DNA of 64,000 nucleotides from a virus, in the IMG/VR virus record IMGVR_UViG_3300028920_000034, positions 1-64,000 of that record; one strand, written 5' to 3'. The notes beneath the pieces are model-generated. The model searched no databases. It was not told the DNA's origin and was given only the letters and a program-made list of their open reading frames with translations. Position numbers and translations under genes: made by a program. Positions 15,857 to 25,280 of this stretch are shown piece by piece (position 1 is the stretch's first letter; every line of letters begins with the position of its first letter).

Positions 15857-16639
15857 CTAGGCGTCCGGCTCATCCGCCAACCGCTCGAGCACATCCAGGC
15901 CGTACTGGACCTTGCGGGATGCCTCGTCCACCACCACCAGGCGCACACCCATGATCTTCTCGATCTTGGCGATGTAGAGCTCGCTCATCTTCGTGCCCGG
16001 GCTCGAGGAGAACACGTGGTCCGCCTTGAACGTCGTGCAGATCAGATCGATCAGGTGGCCGCGCTTGTCGCTCTCCGCGATCTCCTTGGCGAGCTCCAAG
16101 GCGTCCTCCACGTTGGCCACCTGCTCGGGGTAGAGCTTGATCGAAAGCGTGGTGAGCTTCTCCGTCTCCTCGCCCGGCGTCTTGCCAGCCTTGAGCTCCT
16201 TGATAAACTCCTGGAGCGCCGCCAGGGTCATCTTCTCCGCCCTGGCCACCCACTCGTCCACGTTTGTCTCGTCCACCACGCCCACCAGGAGGCGCACCTT
16301 GGACCAGCCCAGGTGTTCCACGCGCTGGCGCACGTGCGGGTGATCCTTGAGCACCTTGTTGAACCACTTGTGAATAGACAGGAGGTACTGACAGCGGCGT
16401 TCGGACATGCCGAGCTCGCTCTCCACAAACTCCTTCCAGGTGGGGAACCCCCACGTCGTGTGGGCCCCGAGCTCATAGGCTCTCTGGAGCACCTCCCCGA
16501 ACTCGAAATAGGTCCGGGTGAAGCGCCCCTTGAGCTCCTGAAGGTGCTCACGGATCGCGTTGGTGTCGTCCTGGACAGGCGCTTGCCCGTCCACCACTTG
16601 CAGGTCATTCTCGGTTGCGGCTACCATCGGCTCCCTCAT
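15857..16639 (-). CDS. hypothetical protein (DUF3102-like helical domain)
   Basis: YFEFGEVL...WGFPTWKEFVESELGMSERRCQYL. Confidence 0.7.
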   Translation of the reverse strand: MREPMVAATENDLQVVDGQAPVQDDTNAIREHLQELKGRFTRTYFEFGEVLQRAYELGAHTTWGFPTWKEFVESELGMSERRCQYLLSIHKWFNKVLKDHPHVRQRVEHLGWSKVRLLVGVVDETNVDEWVARAEKMTLAALQEFIKELKAGKTPGEETEKLTTLSIKLYPEQVANVEDALELAKEIAESDKRGHLIDLICTTFKADHVFSSSPGTKMSELYIAKIEKIMGVRLVVVDEASRKVQYGLDVLERLADEPDA

Positions 16640-16943
16640 CGTCTATCGGTTCGATTGAAAAGGCCCTCACCTCGGTGAGCTGGGGACCATTGCGTCCGCC
16701 CTTGTTCCTGTTCATGAGCTCGCCCTCCACCTGAACCATCGTCCCCTTCACGATCTGGCGCTTGACGTACTTCACCAGCTCCTGATCGTAGACGTTGATC
16801 CGCACCCAGGTGAGCCGGTCTCCCCGGCTGGTGGTGGTCACCTGAAACGAGCACACACGCTGCCCCTCTCCGGTCCGGCCGTAGCGAATGTCCTGGGCCA
16901 CACGGCCGATACCGCTCCAGGTGTTGGCAGGGTTGGGCATCAT
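16605..16943 (-). CDS. short bacterial-type single-stranded DNA-binding (OB-fold) protein
   Basis: N..GIGRVAQDIRY..T..G..VCSF...TWVRINVY...KGTMVQVEGEL. Confidence 0.8.
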   Translation of the reverse strand: MMPNPANTWSGIGRVAQDIRYGRTGEGQRVCSFQVTTTSRGDRLTWVRINVYDQELVKYVKRQIVKGTMVQVEGELMNRNKGGRNGPQLTEVRAFSIEPIDDEGADGSRNRE

Positions 16944-16946
16944 GGT

Positions 16947-17531
16947 TCACAGCTTCACTACTTGCTCGCTCTCCAGAATCGGATCGAACATGCAATCCAG
17001 GCCATTCCGCTGGCAGTAGTGATAGTACCCCACCACGAAGGCATCGGACACGTCATCCGTGGGGAATGCGAATCCACGATTGGCCAGGAATGCGAGAATC
17101 TGGTCTTTCTTCTCGAGGGGCTTCACGCCGTTCTTCTTGTCCGCCTTGCGCTTGCCGCGGAGGGAGCCGCCAATCAGGAAGGATCTAGCCGTGCCCATCG
17201 GAACAAGGCCGGCCGCAATGCCGACAGCCAGGCGGAGCTGGGAACGGACTACTCCACCGATCTCCGCCTGGCGATGTACGGCGTTACCCTTGGCGCGGTA
17301 GGCGTACTCCTCCACCACAATCTCGTCTGGCTTCGTGCGCCTGGCGAGGTTCACGGCCGTCCTGGCCGCAGTGAGCATGATTTCGATGGCCGTGGAGTCT
17401 TCGATGCGCCCCTTGGCGCCGTACTCACAGAAGTCCGTCACCAGGGACTCGAAACGACCGTCCCACCCACCAGGGATGAAACAGAAGCCGCTGTGGCGTT
17501 GAGCCAGGTCTGCACCGAGTACCGAGATCAT
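16947..17531 (-). CDS. RuvC-like Holliday junction resolvase
   Basis: VLGADL...SGF, IVVEE, AEIGGVVR, DDVSDAF acidic catalytic set. Confidence 0.75.
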   Translation of the reverse strand: MISVLGADLAQRHSGFCFIPGGWDGRFESLVTDFCEYGAKGRIEDSTAIEIMLTAARTAVNLARRTKPDEIVVEEYAYRAKGNAVHRQAEIGGVVRSQLRLAVGIAAGLVPMGTARSFLIGGSLRGKRKADKKNGVKPLEKKDQILAFLANRGFAFPTDDVSDAFVVGYYHYCQRNGLDCMFDPILESEQVVKL

Positions 17532-17893
17532 CCTATGTCCAGCACCTTTGCCGCCTCCTCGGTGACGCCCTCCAGGACGCCTTCAATCTGATCCACGGAC
17601 AGCACGCGAATCTCCAGGTGCTCCACGTTCTTCCCATCGTACACCACCGCCCCGAAGATGTGGTCTGTAACCACAAAGTCCCCCACCTTGAGCTCATGTG
17701 GCGTCACCTTGTCGCCTTTCTTGGCCGGAATGCCATCGCCAATGGCGATCACCTTCCCGATGCGCCAGACGGCTTTCTGGTGCGGAGCTCTGGCCAGGTA
17801 CAGCCCGGAGCTTGGATCCAATGGGAACTCCTGATCCGGGTAGAACTTGAGCATCACGTAGCCGTGCAGCGGTTTCACGTTCGGGATGTTCAT
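17528..17893 (-). CDS. groES: co-chaperonin GroES-like protein
   Basis: VKPLHGYVML, SSGLYL, GKVIAIGDG, LKVGDFV, DQIEGVLE. Confidence 0.85.
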   Translation of the reverse strand: MNIPNVKPLHGYVMLKFYPDQEFPLDPSSGLYLARAPHQKAVWRIGKVIAIGDGIPAKKGDKVTPHELKVGDFVVTDHIFGAVVYDGKNVEHLEIRVLSVDQIEGVLEGVTEEAAKVLDIG

Positions 17894-18936
17894 CCGTTCG
17901 GCTCCTTGAAGCAAAGCTGGCACAGGTCGCAGTCCTTGGCCCGGGGCACTTCCGCGTTGACGCAGATCCGCTTCGTGACCGTGCCGACCTTGAGGGCTTC
18001 GCGCATCTCGGTGACCGGACCCCAGACCGTAGCCTCGAGGGTGCCCTCATCGTAACGCACCACCACCTGGTGAAAGAAGTCCTCCGGCTTCCAGCCGTCA
18101 GGGAACCGCCAGATCGGCGCCTTGCAGAAGTAGACGATCTCGCCCACGTCCCACCCGGAGAGCCAGAGGCCCGCCTGGGTCTGGACCACGTGCTCAGGCT
18201 TGGCCGCGCCACTGGACTTGATCTTCTTGTAGCCGTTCGGGGAGATACTTTTGAGCTCCTGGAATAGAATCTTCTCAGTGCTCAGGGACTGGCGCCACCC
18301 GTCAGGCATCACCCGTACCCGGTACTCCTCATTCGTGAGGAGCCACTCCTGGTACACAATGGCCCGCTGGTGGCCGTCCACCTCGCGCCCGCTGGCCGTC
18401 CAATCAGGAAATGCGCGCTTGCCGCCGCAGCTCGGGCACCGCTCTGGCATCTTCGCCAGGAGGATGTGCTCCTTGCTCGGGAAGTCGCCCTCCGGCATGT
18501 AGCTGGTGGGCTTGAGGGGCGCCTTGGCCGGCTGTGGGGTCCCGTGCTCGCCCCAGTCGAGCGGTTTCTCCACTCCCTGGTCAGTGTTCCAGCCGCACCG
18601 CAGACACCGCCAGCGCCCCAGGTAGGCGCCACGCGGGCCCATGTAGTGCTCCCGGTACATATCGTGGTAGGCGTTGCCCACGTCAAAGGTCCACTGCATC
18701 ACGCCGGTGGTGGTGTCCTGGATCGTGATCTCGTGAGCTGCCCGAAGAGTCTCGTACCGGGGGCACAGGCGCCCCAGCCCCGAAGCTGTCACCCAGGAGT
18801 CCGGCTCGAGGGGTGGCTTCTCCCGCACCGAGGTGAGCTCGCCCATGAGCCACTCTGGCACCCCTTGGTTCTTGTAAGCTGACCGGGCTTGCTCGAGCTC
18901 CGGTTTTTTCTTGGCGAATACCGCTGCTACCGACAT
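17890..18936 (-). CDS. Cas4-like PD-(D/E)XK exonuclease with Zn-ribbon insertion
   Basis: TASGLGRLCPR, GNAYH, PDG...ELKS, HVVQTQAGL, C-terminal C...CDLCQLC. Confidence 0.75.
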   Translation of the reverse strand: MSVAAVFAKKKPELEQARSAYKNQGVPEWLMGELTSVREKPPLEPDSWVTASGLGRLCPRYETLRAAHEITIQDTTTGVMQWTFDVGNAYHDMYREHYMGPRGAYLGRWRCLRCGWNTDQGVEKPLDWGEHGTPQPAKAPLKPTSYMPEGDFPSKEHILLAKMPERCPSCGGKRAFPDWTASGREVDGHQRAIVYQEWLLTNEEYRVRVMPDGWRQSLSTEKILFQELKSISPNGYKKIKSSGAAKPEHVVQTQAGLWLSGWDVGEIVYFCKAPIWRFPDGWKPEDFFHQVVVRYDEGTLEATVWGPVTEMREALKVGTVTKRICVNAEVPRAKDCDLCQLCFKEPNG

Positions 18937-18986
18937 TCCAATCCTCCAATCATTGCCGGTGGGCCACCTGGTGACCCGTGTTCCGT

Positions 18987-19457
18987 CTACTCCCCGGCCG
19001 CCGCGTCCCGCCCCCGGTCCGCGATAGCCTTCAGTCTCTCCTTGCGCTCCGCCTCTGCCGCTGCCAGCGCCTCGCGCTTCCACAGCTCCGCTGCGCTCAC
19101 CTGGGCGTCAAGCTCCCCCTCGAGGGGGGACAGCTTGGCCGTCTTGTCCAGGCGGAGCTCCGCGAGCTTGTTCTGGTGGTGAGCACCGAGGCTCTCGAGG
19201 GTGGCCTTGTGGTTCCGGTCGAGCTCTGCGCGGCGAGCTCCATGCTCCCGCTTGGCGTCCCCGATGCTCTCCCGGTGGACACGCTCGAGGAGCTTGCGTT
19301 GCTCCTGATACCACCCCTCCACCCGCTTCGCCTCCCCGGCCAGGACGGCTCGCGCCTCCCCGGCAAGTCGCTCCACCTCACGGTCGATTTCCTCGAGCCG
19401 CTTGGTGAACCACCCTTCGGTCTCTGCCACCTGGGCCTGTTGCCCGTCGTCGCTCAT
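18987..19457 (-). CDS. coiled-coil hypothetical protein
   Basis: helical E/A/R-rich ORF with GGAGG RBS. Confidence 0.7.
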   Translation of the reverse strand: MSDDGQQAQVAETEGWFTKRLEEIDREVERLAGEARAVLAGEAKRVEGWYQEQRKLLERVHRESIGDAKREHGARRAELDRNHKATLESLGAHHQNKLAELRLDKTAKLSPLEGELDAQVSAAELWKREALAAAEAERKERLKAIADRGRDAAAGE

Positions 19458-20392
19458 CGGCTACCTCCAATCTGTGACACCCGAACGGGTTTGTTTGTCG
19501 GGCGCGGGCGAGGGGGCTCGGGAAGGGGCTTCCAGGAGTACAGCTTCTGCATCCCCTTCCAGGTCCACACGCGCCTGCATGACGCACGGTGAAGGGACTT
19601 AACCTTCCAGCCGCTTCGCGTCCACCGGCGCCGCGCGTACTTCGGTGTCTTGTTCAGGCGGATCCCAGTCGCAAAGCACATGGTCCGGAGCCAGTACCGG
19701 TTCCGGCTCCTGCACTTCTTGGCGCGCTTGTCGAGCACCGCTTGAGACGGGTCCTCCCGGAACCGATGCTTCCACTTGCATGTGTTCCACCTATACGTGA
19801 CGAACCTGGGCCCTTGATTGTAGACGTTCAGGACACACATCCAGAATCGCTGGTCATCGTTGAGCCCGCGCCATTCCCCGGTCCCGCGCTGGTATCGCTT
19901 GATCCGTTTGAGCCACTTCGGTGTGCAGTAGCGCGCCTTCACCGTGTTGAGCTCCTTCATCGTCCACACCATGGACAGCTTGGTGTTCTTCCGCATGGAT
20001 CGGCAGAGCTTCCGCTTCTTGTAGATGGTCATGCGGAGGCGAGTGAGGTTCACCTGGGTGAGCCCGCAGTCTGCCACGGTGCCGTAGCCGCGCTTGAGCC
20101 AGCCGCGAAGATCGCTCTCGGTGACAGCAAGCCCGAGTAGGATGTGAGGCTTCATCCATCCGTTGCCGGGCATGGCGATCACCTCCTTGGCCTCACGCTC
20201 GAGGCGCCTCACCAGGGCCGGCTTCACGTGACGCTGGTGACCACGGACAGCCAGGAGCCCCTGGGCAAGAGGGGCCAGGGTAGGGATGGCCGCCTTCGTG
20301 GCGCTCGCCACCTTGCTGGCCTGAGCCGGCTCTCGGGCGCCAGCTTCGGGCATGATGGCGAACAGGGCAATGATGAAAACTAGGAAACGCAT
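19454..20392 (-). CDS. secreted lytic transglycosylase-like protein
   Basis: signal peptide MRFLVFIIALFAIMPEAGA; LAVTES, DCGLTQVN, VYNQG SLT motifs; very basic. Confidence 0.7.
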   Translation of the reverse strand: MRFLVFIIALFAIMPEAGAREPAQASKVASATKAAIPTLAPLAQGLLAVRGHQRHVKPALVRRLEREAKEVIAMPGNGWMKPHILLGLAVTESDLRGWLKRGYGTVADCGLTQVNLTRLRMTIYKKRKLCRSMRKNTKLSMVWTMKELNTVKARYCTPKWLKRIKRYQRGTGEWRGLNDDQRFWMCVLNVYNQGPRFVTYRWNTCKWKHRFREDPSQAVLDKRAKKCRSRNRYWLRTMCFATGIRLNKTPKYARRRWTRSGWKVKSLHRASCRRVWTWKGMQKLYSWKPLPEPPRPRPTNKPVRVSQIGGSR

Positions 20393-20415
20393 ACCGATCC
20401 TCCTTGCGTAACCCG

Positions 20416-21852
20416 TCAGCCGATCCCGAGCTTCTCCAGAATGTCCGCGTGGTGGTCCTTGAGATAGGTCTCCCGGATTGTTCTTCCCGGGCTTTTTTCA
20501 TCTGGGTCACGCTGGACACCAAGGCGATAGTCCGCCACCAGGTCGATGGTCGCACCGTTCACGACGCCATGGCCGGTTGCGTCCAGCATCCGGCGACACG
20601 CCACGGCGATGTACCACCACTTCGGTGAACTGGTACGCGCCCGCCACTGGGCAAGAAGCACCAGCTTGGACACGGGATCGTCTTCGGGGATGTTCTCCTC
20701 CATGATGCGCCGGCAAAGCTCTCGGTTCGCCGCGCGCTTGGCCGTTCGGGGCTTGCCCTCGCGGGCCGCCTCCTGGCGCTCGAGCTCCGCCCACCAGAGC
20801 TCCTTCAGGTCCTTGTAGGGGATGTACTTCCCCAGGAGCTCGTCCCAACAGGTGCCGGTGTAGAGCTCCATCAGCTTGTGCCTGGGCGGATAGGAGTCCA
20901 CGCCCACGGTGTCCTTCCAGAACGGTCTGGCGTAGGAGCTCCACATCCCGCCGTTCTGAATCACGGTGTCGCAGAACAGTAGCAGCGCCCGCTCCCAGTA
21001 CCGGTGCAGCTTCGGGTGACCTTCCCAGTCGCAGATCTCCGGTAGATCCTTCATCTGGCGCTTGGCCACCCTGAGCACCACCTCATCGAAGTACACGTCC
21101 TGGGCTTCGATCCCCTTCACCGAGCCGAACCAGCTCTGGATCGTTGGATTCGGAATATCCAGGTAGGCCCTGGGGAAGTCGCTGATGGCGTCCTTCCAAT
21201 ACTTCGCCAGGTCCGGACGTGCAGCCCACTCCTGAATGGGGGGCATATCGTCCTCTTCGATCTTGAGCTCCTCGCGCGCCCGGTTGGCGATCTTCCGGAT
21301 CGTCGGGCTGCGCTGGGCCACACCTGGCTGCACCAGCCACTCCTTGATCCAGGACGTGCGTTTTCCCTTGCCGAGATACACGTCTACCAGGTGCTCCGCG
21401 CCGGCCAGCTTGAGCACATGCTCCACGCTGCCCAAGCTGTTGCACTGCATGAACCCGTAGTTGGCCCCGGCACCGTCGCCAATGTCCGATTCGGACATGC
21501 CGTAGGCGTCCATGGTGGTGCTCGTCTCGAAGTAGGTGATCACGGATTGGATCTGAAGCCGTAGCCCCGGCTTCCACCCGGCCGCCTCCGCCTGGCGCAG
21601 TAGCAGCGTCTGGGTGATCTTCCCGGCCACGCCGTCCTGGTCCAGCCCGTGGTCTGCCTGGAACTTCACCAGTCCGTCCATGGCCTCCCCATCGGCGCCC
21701 TGGCGCCCCTGGGTGACCCGCCCGAACCAGTTGTCGATGGCGCCCTTGTAGTAGCCCAAGTGGGCCATGGCGCTCTGTAGGAGCCCAACCTCGGGGCGCT
21801 TGCACCCCTTTCGGAGCTGCACCAGACTCAATCGCTGGTAATCATGCTTCAT
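20416..21852 (-). CDS. endolysin: peptidoglycan-binding domain + lysozyme-like catalytic domain
   Basis: LRKG...VGLLQ..LGYY..DNWFG, FQADHGLDQDGVAGKIT (PG_binding_1); FETS...GDGAGANYGFMQ. Confidence 0.75.
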   Translation of the reverse strand: MKHDYQRLSLVQLRKGCKRPEVGLLQSAMAHLGYYKGAIDNWFGRVTQGRQGADGEAMDGLVKFQADHGLDQDGVAGKITQTLLLRQAEAAGWKPGLRLQIQSVITYFETSTTMDAYGMSESDIGDGAGANYGFMQCNSLGSVEHVLKLAGAEHLVDVYLGKGKRTSWIKEWLVQPGVAQRSPTIRKIANRAREELKIEEDDMPPIQEWAARPDLAKYWKDAISDFPRAYLDIPNPTIQSWFGSVKGIEAQDVYFDEVVLRVAKRQMKDLPEICDWEGHPKLHRYWERALLLFCDTVIQNGGMWSSYARPFWKDTVGVDSYPPRHKLMELYTGTCWDELLGKYIPYKDLKELWWAELERQEAAREGKPRTAKRAANRELCRRIMEENIPEDDPVSKLVLLAQWRARTSSPKWWYIAVACRRMLDATGHGVVNGATIDLVADYRLGVQRDPDEKSPGRTIRETYLKDHHADILEKLGIG

Positions 21853-22078
21853 CATCATCTCCGCCGAGCCGCTCGGCCAGCCCATCGGCACGGCTCCGCA
21901 GCTTCGATTTGGCTCCTGCACGGATCCTTGAACCCGAAATCAGAACAGAAACCAGGCTGATAGTCAATCCGCCCACCTCCTGGACCAGCTCGAGGAGCTG
22001 GACGATGGCCTTGTCCACCCGCTTCATGCCGGTCTCGAGCTTGGCGATCCGGCTCTCCAGGTCACCGGTCCCTGCCAT
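21842..22078 (-). CDS. small hypothetical protein
   Basis: TGATG coupling; coiled coil plus hydrophobic stretch. Confidence 0.55.
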   Translation of the reverse strand: MAGTGDLESRIAKLETGMKRVDKAIVQLLELVQEVGGLTISLVSVLISGSRIRAGAKSKLRSRADGLAERLGGDDDEA

Positions 22079-22797
22079 CAGCTCCCCCCCTCCCGGGACG
22101 CCAGCGCCACCGCCTCGGAGTCGGACAGCTTCTGGATCCGGTGAACCTGGGCGTAGATCGGCCCCCACTTCAGTATGTCACCGTTGTGAATGGCCTTTTC
22201 GGATGCGGAGAGGCGCCTGGTCATGGCCTTTTTGAAGGGCCACATGAAATAGTAGGCAGGCCCGGTGAACCGCTCCGCCATCCAGGTCTTCGTGTCCGCC
22301 GGGATGCTCCCGTCCCGCCAAGCGTACATGGCCATGCTCATGCTGTAGCCGCGGAGCTCCCACCACATCCGCCAGTAGGCAGGCAATGGCAGTAGAAACA
22401 CCAGGGCCACCAGGAACATCAGGAACCAGTTGCTCGCCCAGATGGCCGCCAGGGCCCCGAGCGCCAGCGGGGCCAGCACCGCCGGCAACAGGTAGGAGAA
22501 CGCAAACCAGCCACGGCGCCGGTGATCGTCCATGAGGTGGACAGCTTCGTGCGCCAGCGTCTTGAATGCCCCACGCGGATCGTCCCTGTAGTCCGCCTCG
22601 GTGGGCCAGTACACCCGAGGGTAGAACGTGCTGATGTAGCGGGTCATGTACTCCCGGTTGAATAACCAGATCAGCTTGGCGATCAGCTTCTGGCCGCCGG
22701 ACCCGGGCCCCTTGTCCTTGAAGCGCACCTCGAAGGATGGGATCTGCTTCCGGATCACATCCTCGAGGAGCTTCAGTCTCGCCTCATCTGGGGTCAT
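22078..22797 (-). CDS. membrane-associated HExxH metallopeptidase-like protein
   Basis: LAHEAVHL, two TM helices, WELRGY. Confidence 0.7.
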   Translation of the reverse strand: MTPDEARLKLLEDVIRKQIPSFEVRFKDKGPGSGGQKLIAKLIWLFNREYMTRYISTFYPRVYWPTEADYRDDPRGAFKTLAHEAVHLMDDHRRRGWFAFSYLLPAVLAPLALGALAAIWASNWFLMFLVALVFLLPLPAYWRMWWELRGYSMSMAMYAWRDGSIPADTKTWMAERFTGPAYYFMWPFKKAMTRRLSASEKAIHNGDILKWGPIYAQVHRIQKLSDSEAVALASREGGS

Positions 22798-23165
22798 TTC
22801 GGCACCTCGGGGCGCGTCGGGGGCTTCGGTGCCCCCATCCTGGTCCGGCCCTTCGTGCCGTTGCCGCCCTCTGGCTCCTCGGTGGTCTCGGCACCGCCGC
22901 TCTCGGCACCGCTGTCCACCTCGGTTTCGTTGTTGTGGCTGCGCTTGATCGGCCCGGCGTCCTTGAAGATCCGCGTGAGGGTCTTCTCGCACTTGGGGCA
23001 CAGATCTGCGTAGGCGTGCCCTTGGCCACCCAGGAAGATCTTGAACACCTCGAGCTCCACCTCGTCCTCCTGGGGCTCGGGCACCTGGCCGATCTCGAGC
23101 TGCACGGATTTCATGGTGCCGCCGCAACGGTCGCACGTCCGGTTCACGCTGTAGGTTCTCGCCAT
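22794..23165 (-). CDS. zinc-binding hypothetical protein
   Basis: CDRCG ... DLCPKC. Confidence 0.7.
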   Translation of the reverse strand: MARTYSVNRTCDRCGGTMKSVQLEIGQVPEPQEDEVELEVFKIFLGGQGHAYADLCPKCEKTLTRIFKDAGPIKRSHNNETEVDSGAESGGAETTEEPEGGNGTKGRTRMGAPKPPTRPEVPK

Positions 23166-23170
23166 CGCTG

Positions 23171-23614
23171 CTACCTCCGAATCAGGCCCCGCCGCTTCAT
23201 CTCCGCGGCGAGGGTCTTATCTCCGGGTGACTTGTTGTAAAGATGGACGAATCGCGCCGTGCTCTGCACCCGAACCATCGCCAGCACGATGGCGAGCTCC
23301 ACCTGGGGCGGAATCTCGCCAGCTTCAATCTCCATGGCCGCCGTCCACACGGCCACGTACAAGGGAACCAGTGGGCGCGCAATGTCCTTTTTCAGTCCGG
23401 ACAGCACCCGCACCACGGTCGCGTCCAGCCGGTCCGTGAGGTGACGGTTCTCCTCCTCTACCAGCCCGCGCACGCATTGGCCCTCCACCACGTGGCCCCA
23501 CGGTCGCACCTGATCTGCCCAGCTCGCGCACCACCGAAGGAGCTTCTGGGCCTCCTCGGTGGCGCGCTGGCGCTGGTGGTCATTCAGAGCCTTCCACGTC
23601 ACCATCTCCCGCAT
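23171..23614 (-). CDS. hypothetical protein
   Basis: GGAGG RBS; helical composition. Confidence 0.6.
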   Translation of the reverse strand: MREMVTWKALNDHQRQRATEEAQKLLRWCASWADQVRPWGHVVEGQCVRGLVEEENRHLTDRLDATVVRVLSGLKKDIARPLVPLYVAVWTAAMEIEAGEIPPQVELAIVLAMVRVQSTARFVHLYNKSPGDKTLAAEMKRRGLIRR

Positions 23615-24020
23615 GGTACGCCTCCATGAGCTTCGCCAGATACCAGTCCGGCACCATCGCCCAGCCGGGGGTCATGAACTTGCACTCCGGGTCCCCCTCG
23701 AAACCGATCCACTCGAGGTGGAACACGGGCACCCGGCCCTCCCCGGCCGCCTCGTTTTCGATCTGGGCCAGCCAGGCACGTTTGATACTGATGGACTTCG
23801 CCGCCGTCTGCTTTGCCTCCCCGAGCTCGAAGCGCCCCACTGCATCCCCGGGGGCGAGCTTGTTGCTCCCGGACCCTGGGCGGCGCCGCCCGCCCATCAG
23901 CTTGCCCAGGTGGCGCTCCTGGCGCTTCACGCTCCTCGGGGTGCTCCGGCCATCGGTCTCCTGGTCAAGCCACCGCCGCTTGAGGGTGGGCTGCTGGCCG
24001 CGCTGTCGCTTCGGTTTCAA
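23580..24020 (-). CDS. Hjc-like PD-(D/E)XK resolvase/endonuclease (start uncertain)
   Basis: QERHLGKLMGGRRRPGSGS, GDA, GEAK, SIKRAWLAQIENEA, PVF. Confidence 0.75.
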   Translation of the reverse strand: MKPKRQRGQQPTLKRRWLDQETDGRSTPRSVKRQERHLGKLMGGRRRPGSGSNKLAPGDAVGRFELGEAKQTAAKSISIKRAWLAQIENEAAGEGRVPVFHLEWIGFEGDPECKFMTPGWAMVPDWYLAKLMEAYHAGDGDVEGSE

Positions 24021-24021
24021 G

Positions 24022-24091
24022 TTGGCACGCTCATTGCTTCTGCTTAATTAACCTTATCTCCCCCTTATGAGGAGAAGAGTCAAGAGGGTGT
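24022..24091 (+). promoter_or_regulatory. conserved element copy 3 (sigma54-type motif, antisense to recA)
   Basis: TTGGCACG-CTCA-TTGCT-TCTGCTTAATTAACCTTATCTCC...GGAGAAGAGTCAAGAGGGTGT abutting the recA stop. Confidence 0.75.
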
Positions 24092-25279
24092 TCACTGGGC
24101 GGTGATCTGCGCCATGATGATCCGCTTCGCTTCCTCGTACTCATCCGGATGCGCTGCCCAGTGTTCGATCAGCCCCTTTTTGCCCAGGTACTCCTCGCCG
24201 TTGTAACCGAGCTTCTTGGCGGACACCTCGGTGACCAGCCCCACCTTGAGCCCCCAGTTGAGCACGTGTCCCTGGTCCATCACGTCCCCGAGCTGGAATG
24301 GCCCCTGGGGACTCATGCAGAGGGTGTAGACGCCCTTGCGCTTGGCCGGGGCCGTCTTGTTCTTGTTGACGGTGAACCCGAGCTGCACCTTGTAGGTCTC
24401 GTCCCCCTTGTCGTTCTGAGTGTACTTCACCGTCTTGGTGCGAACCTCGCAGCTCGTAGCGAACCCCTGGCCGCGCCCGCCGGTCACCACCTCGGGGTTC
24501 CCGAAGGCCACCCCGATCTTCAGGCGGAGCTGGTTCACCAGCCACAGGGTGGGCACCACCTGGGCCGGTTCGATGTTGTCCCGCATGGCGTCCCGCATCT
24601 TGGCGATGAGCTGGCTGATCCACTTGCGGATGGCGCTGTTCATGATGCGCGCCTGGAGCCCGGGGTTGTTGATGCTGTCCACCGCGCTGTCCTCGAGCTC
24701 CTTGGAGGGGGCCATCGCGCCGATGCTGTCCAGCACGATAATGTCCGCCGCCCCGAGCTCCATGATGGCGTCAATCACGTCCACCGTCTGCTCGGAGTAC
24801 AGGGGGCGCGACAAGATCACCCGCTCCTCGAATACCCCGAGGCGCCTGGCCCACTCCCCATCCCAGGTGCCCTCCTGGTCCACCCAGGCCGTCCGAATGG
24901 ACTTGGGCTTCCCGCACGCGCACTCGCCCACGATCATGGACTCCTTGATCTCCACCTCGCCGGTGTTGGGGTTGATCGTCTCCACCTCCCCCTTCACCAG
25001 CTTCGCCGGCTGGAAGCACGTGCCACAGATACGCTGGGCATTCGCCACGGCACGGACGAACAGGCTGGTCTTCCCGGTGGACTCCCACCCGTAGACCATG
25101 GACACGCGCCCGGCTGGCCAGCCACCGCCCAGCGCCTTGTCCAGCTCGAAGATCCCGGAGCTCACCCGGGGGAGTACCACGTGTGCCACACGGTCCGCCG
25201 TCATCAGTGTTCCGACACCGTGGTTTTTGACGATGCTCTGGGCGAGCGTGGCCAGGGCGCTGGGCTTCTTGGCTGCCAT
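24092..25279 (-). CDS. recA: RecA/UvsX recombinase with Cys4 insertion
   Basis: SSGIFELDKALGGGWPAGR, GWESTGKTS, VDQE, IVLDSIGAM, NQLRLKIGVAFGNPEVVTGG, KNKTAP. Confidence 0.92.
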   Translation of the reverse strand: MAAKKPSALATLAQSIVKNHGVGTLMTADRVAHVVLPRVSSGIFELDKALGGGWPAGRVSMVYGWESTGKTSLFVRAVANAQRICGTCFQPAKLVKGEVETINPNTGEVEIKESMIVGECACGKPKSIRTAWVDQEGTWDGEWARRLGVFEERVILSRPLYSEQTVDVIDAIMELGAADIIVLDSIGAMAPSKELEDSAVDSINNPGLQARIMNSAIRKWISQLIAKMRDAMRDNIEPAQVVPTLWLVNQLRLKIGVAFGNPEVVTGGRGQGFATSCEVRTKTVKYTQNDKGDETYKVQLGFTVNKNKTAPAKRKGVYTLCMSPQGPFQLGDVMDQGHVLNWGLKVGLVTEVSAKKLGYNGEEYLGKKGLIEHWAAHPDEYEEAKRIIMAQITAQ

Positions 25280-25280
25280 G

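Noticed and set aside
17890-18936. Cas4-like gene as part of a CRISPR adaptation module for the RAMP locus
   Set aside because: 14 kb away within recombination genes, with no cas1/cas2; solo Cas4-like exonucleases are common in phages.
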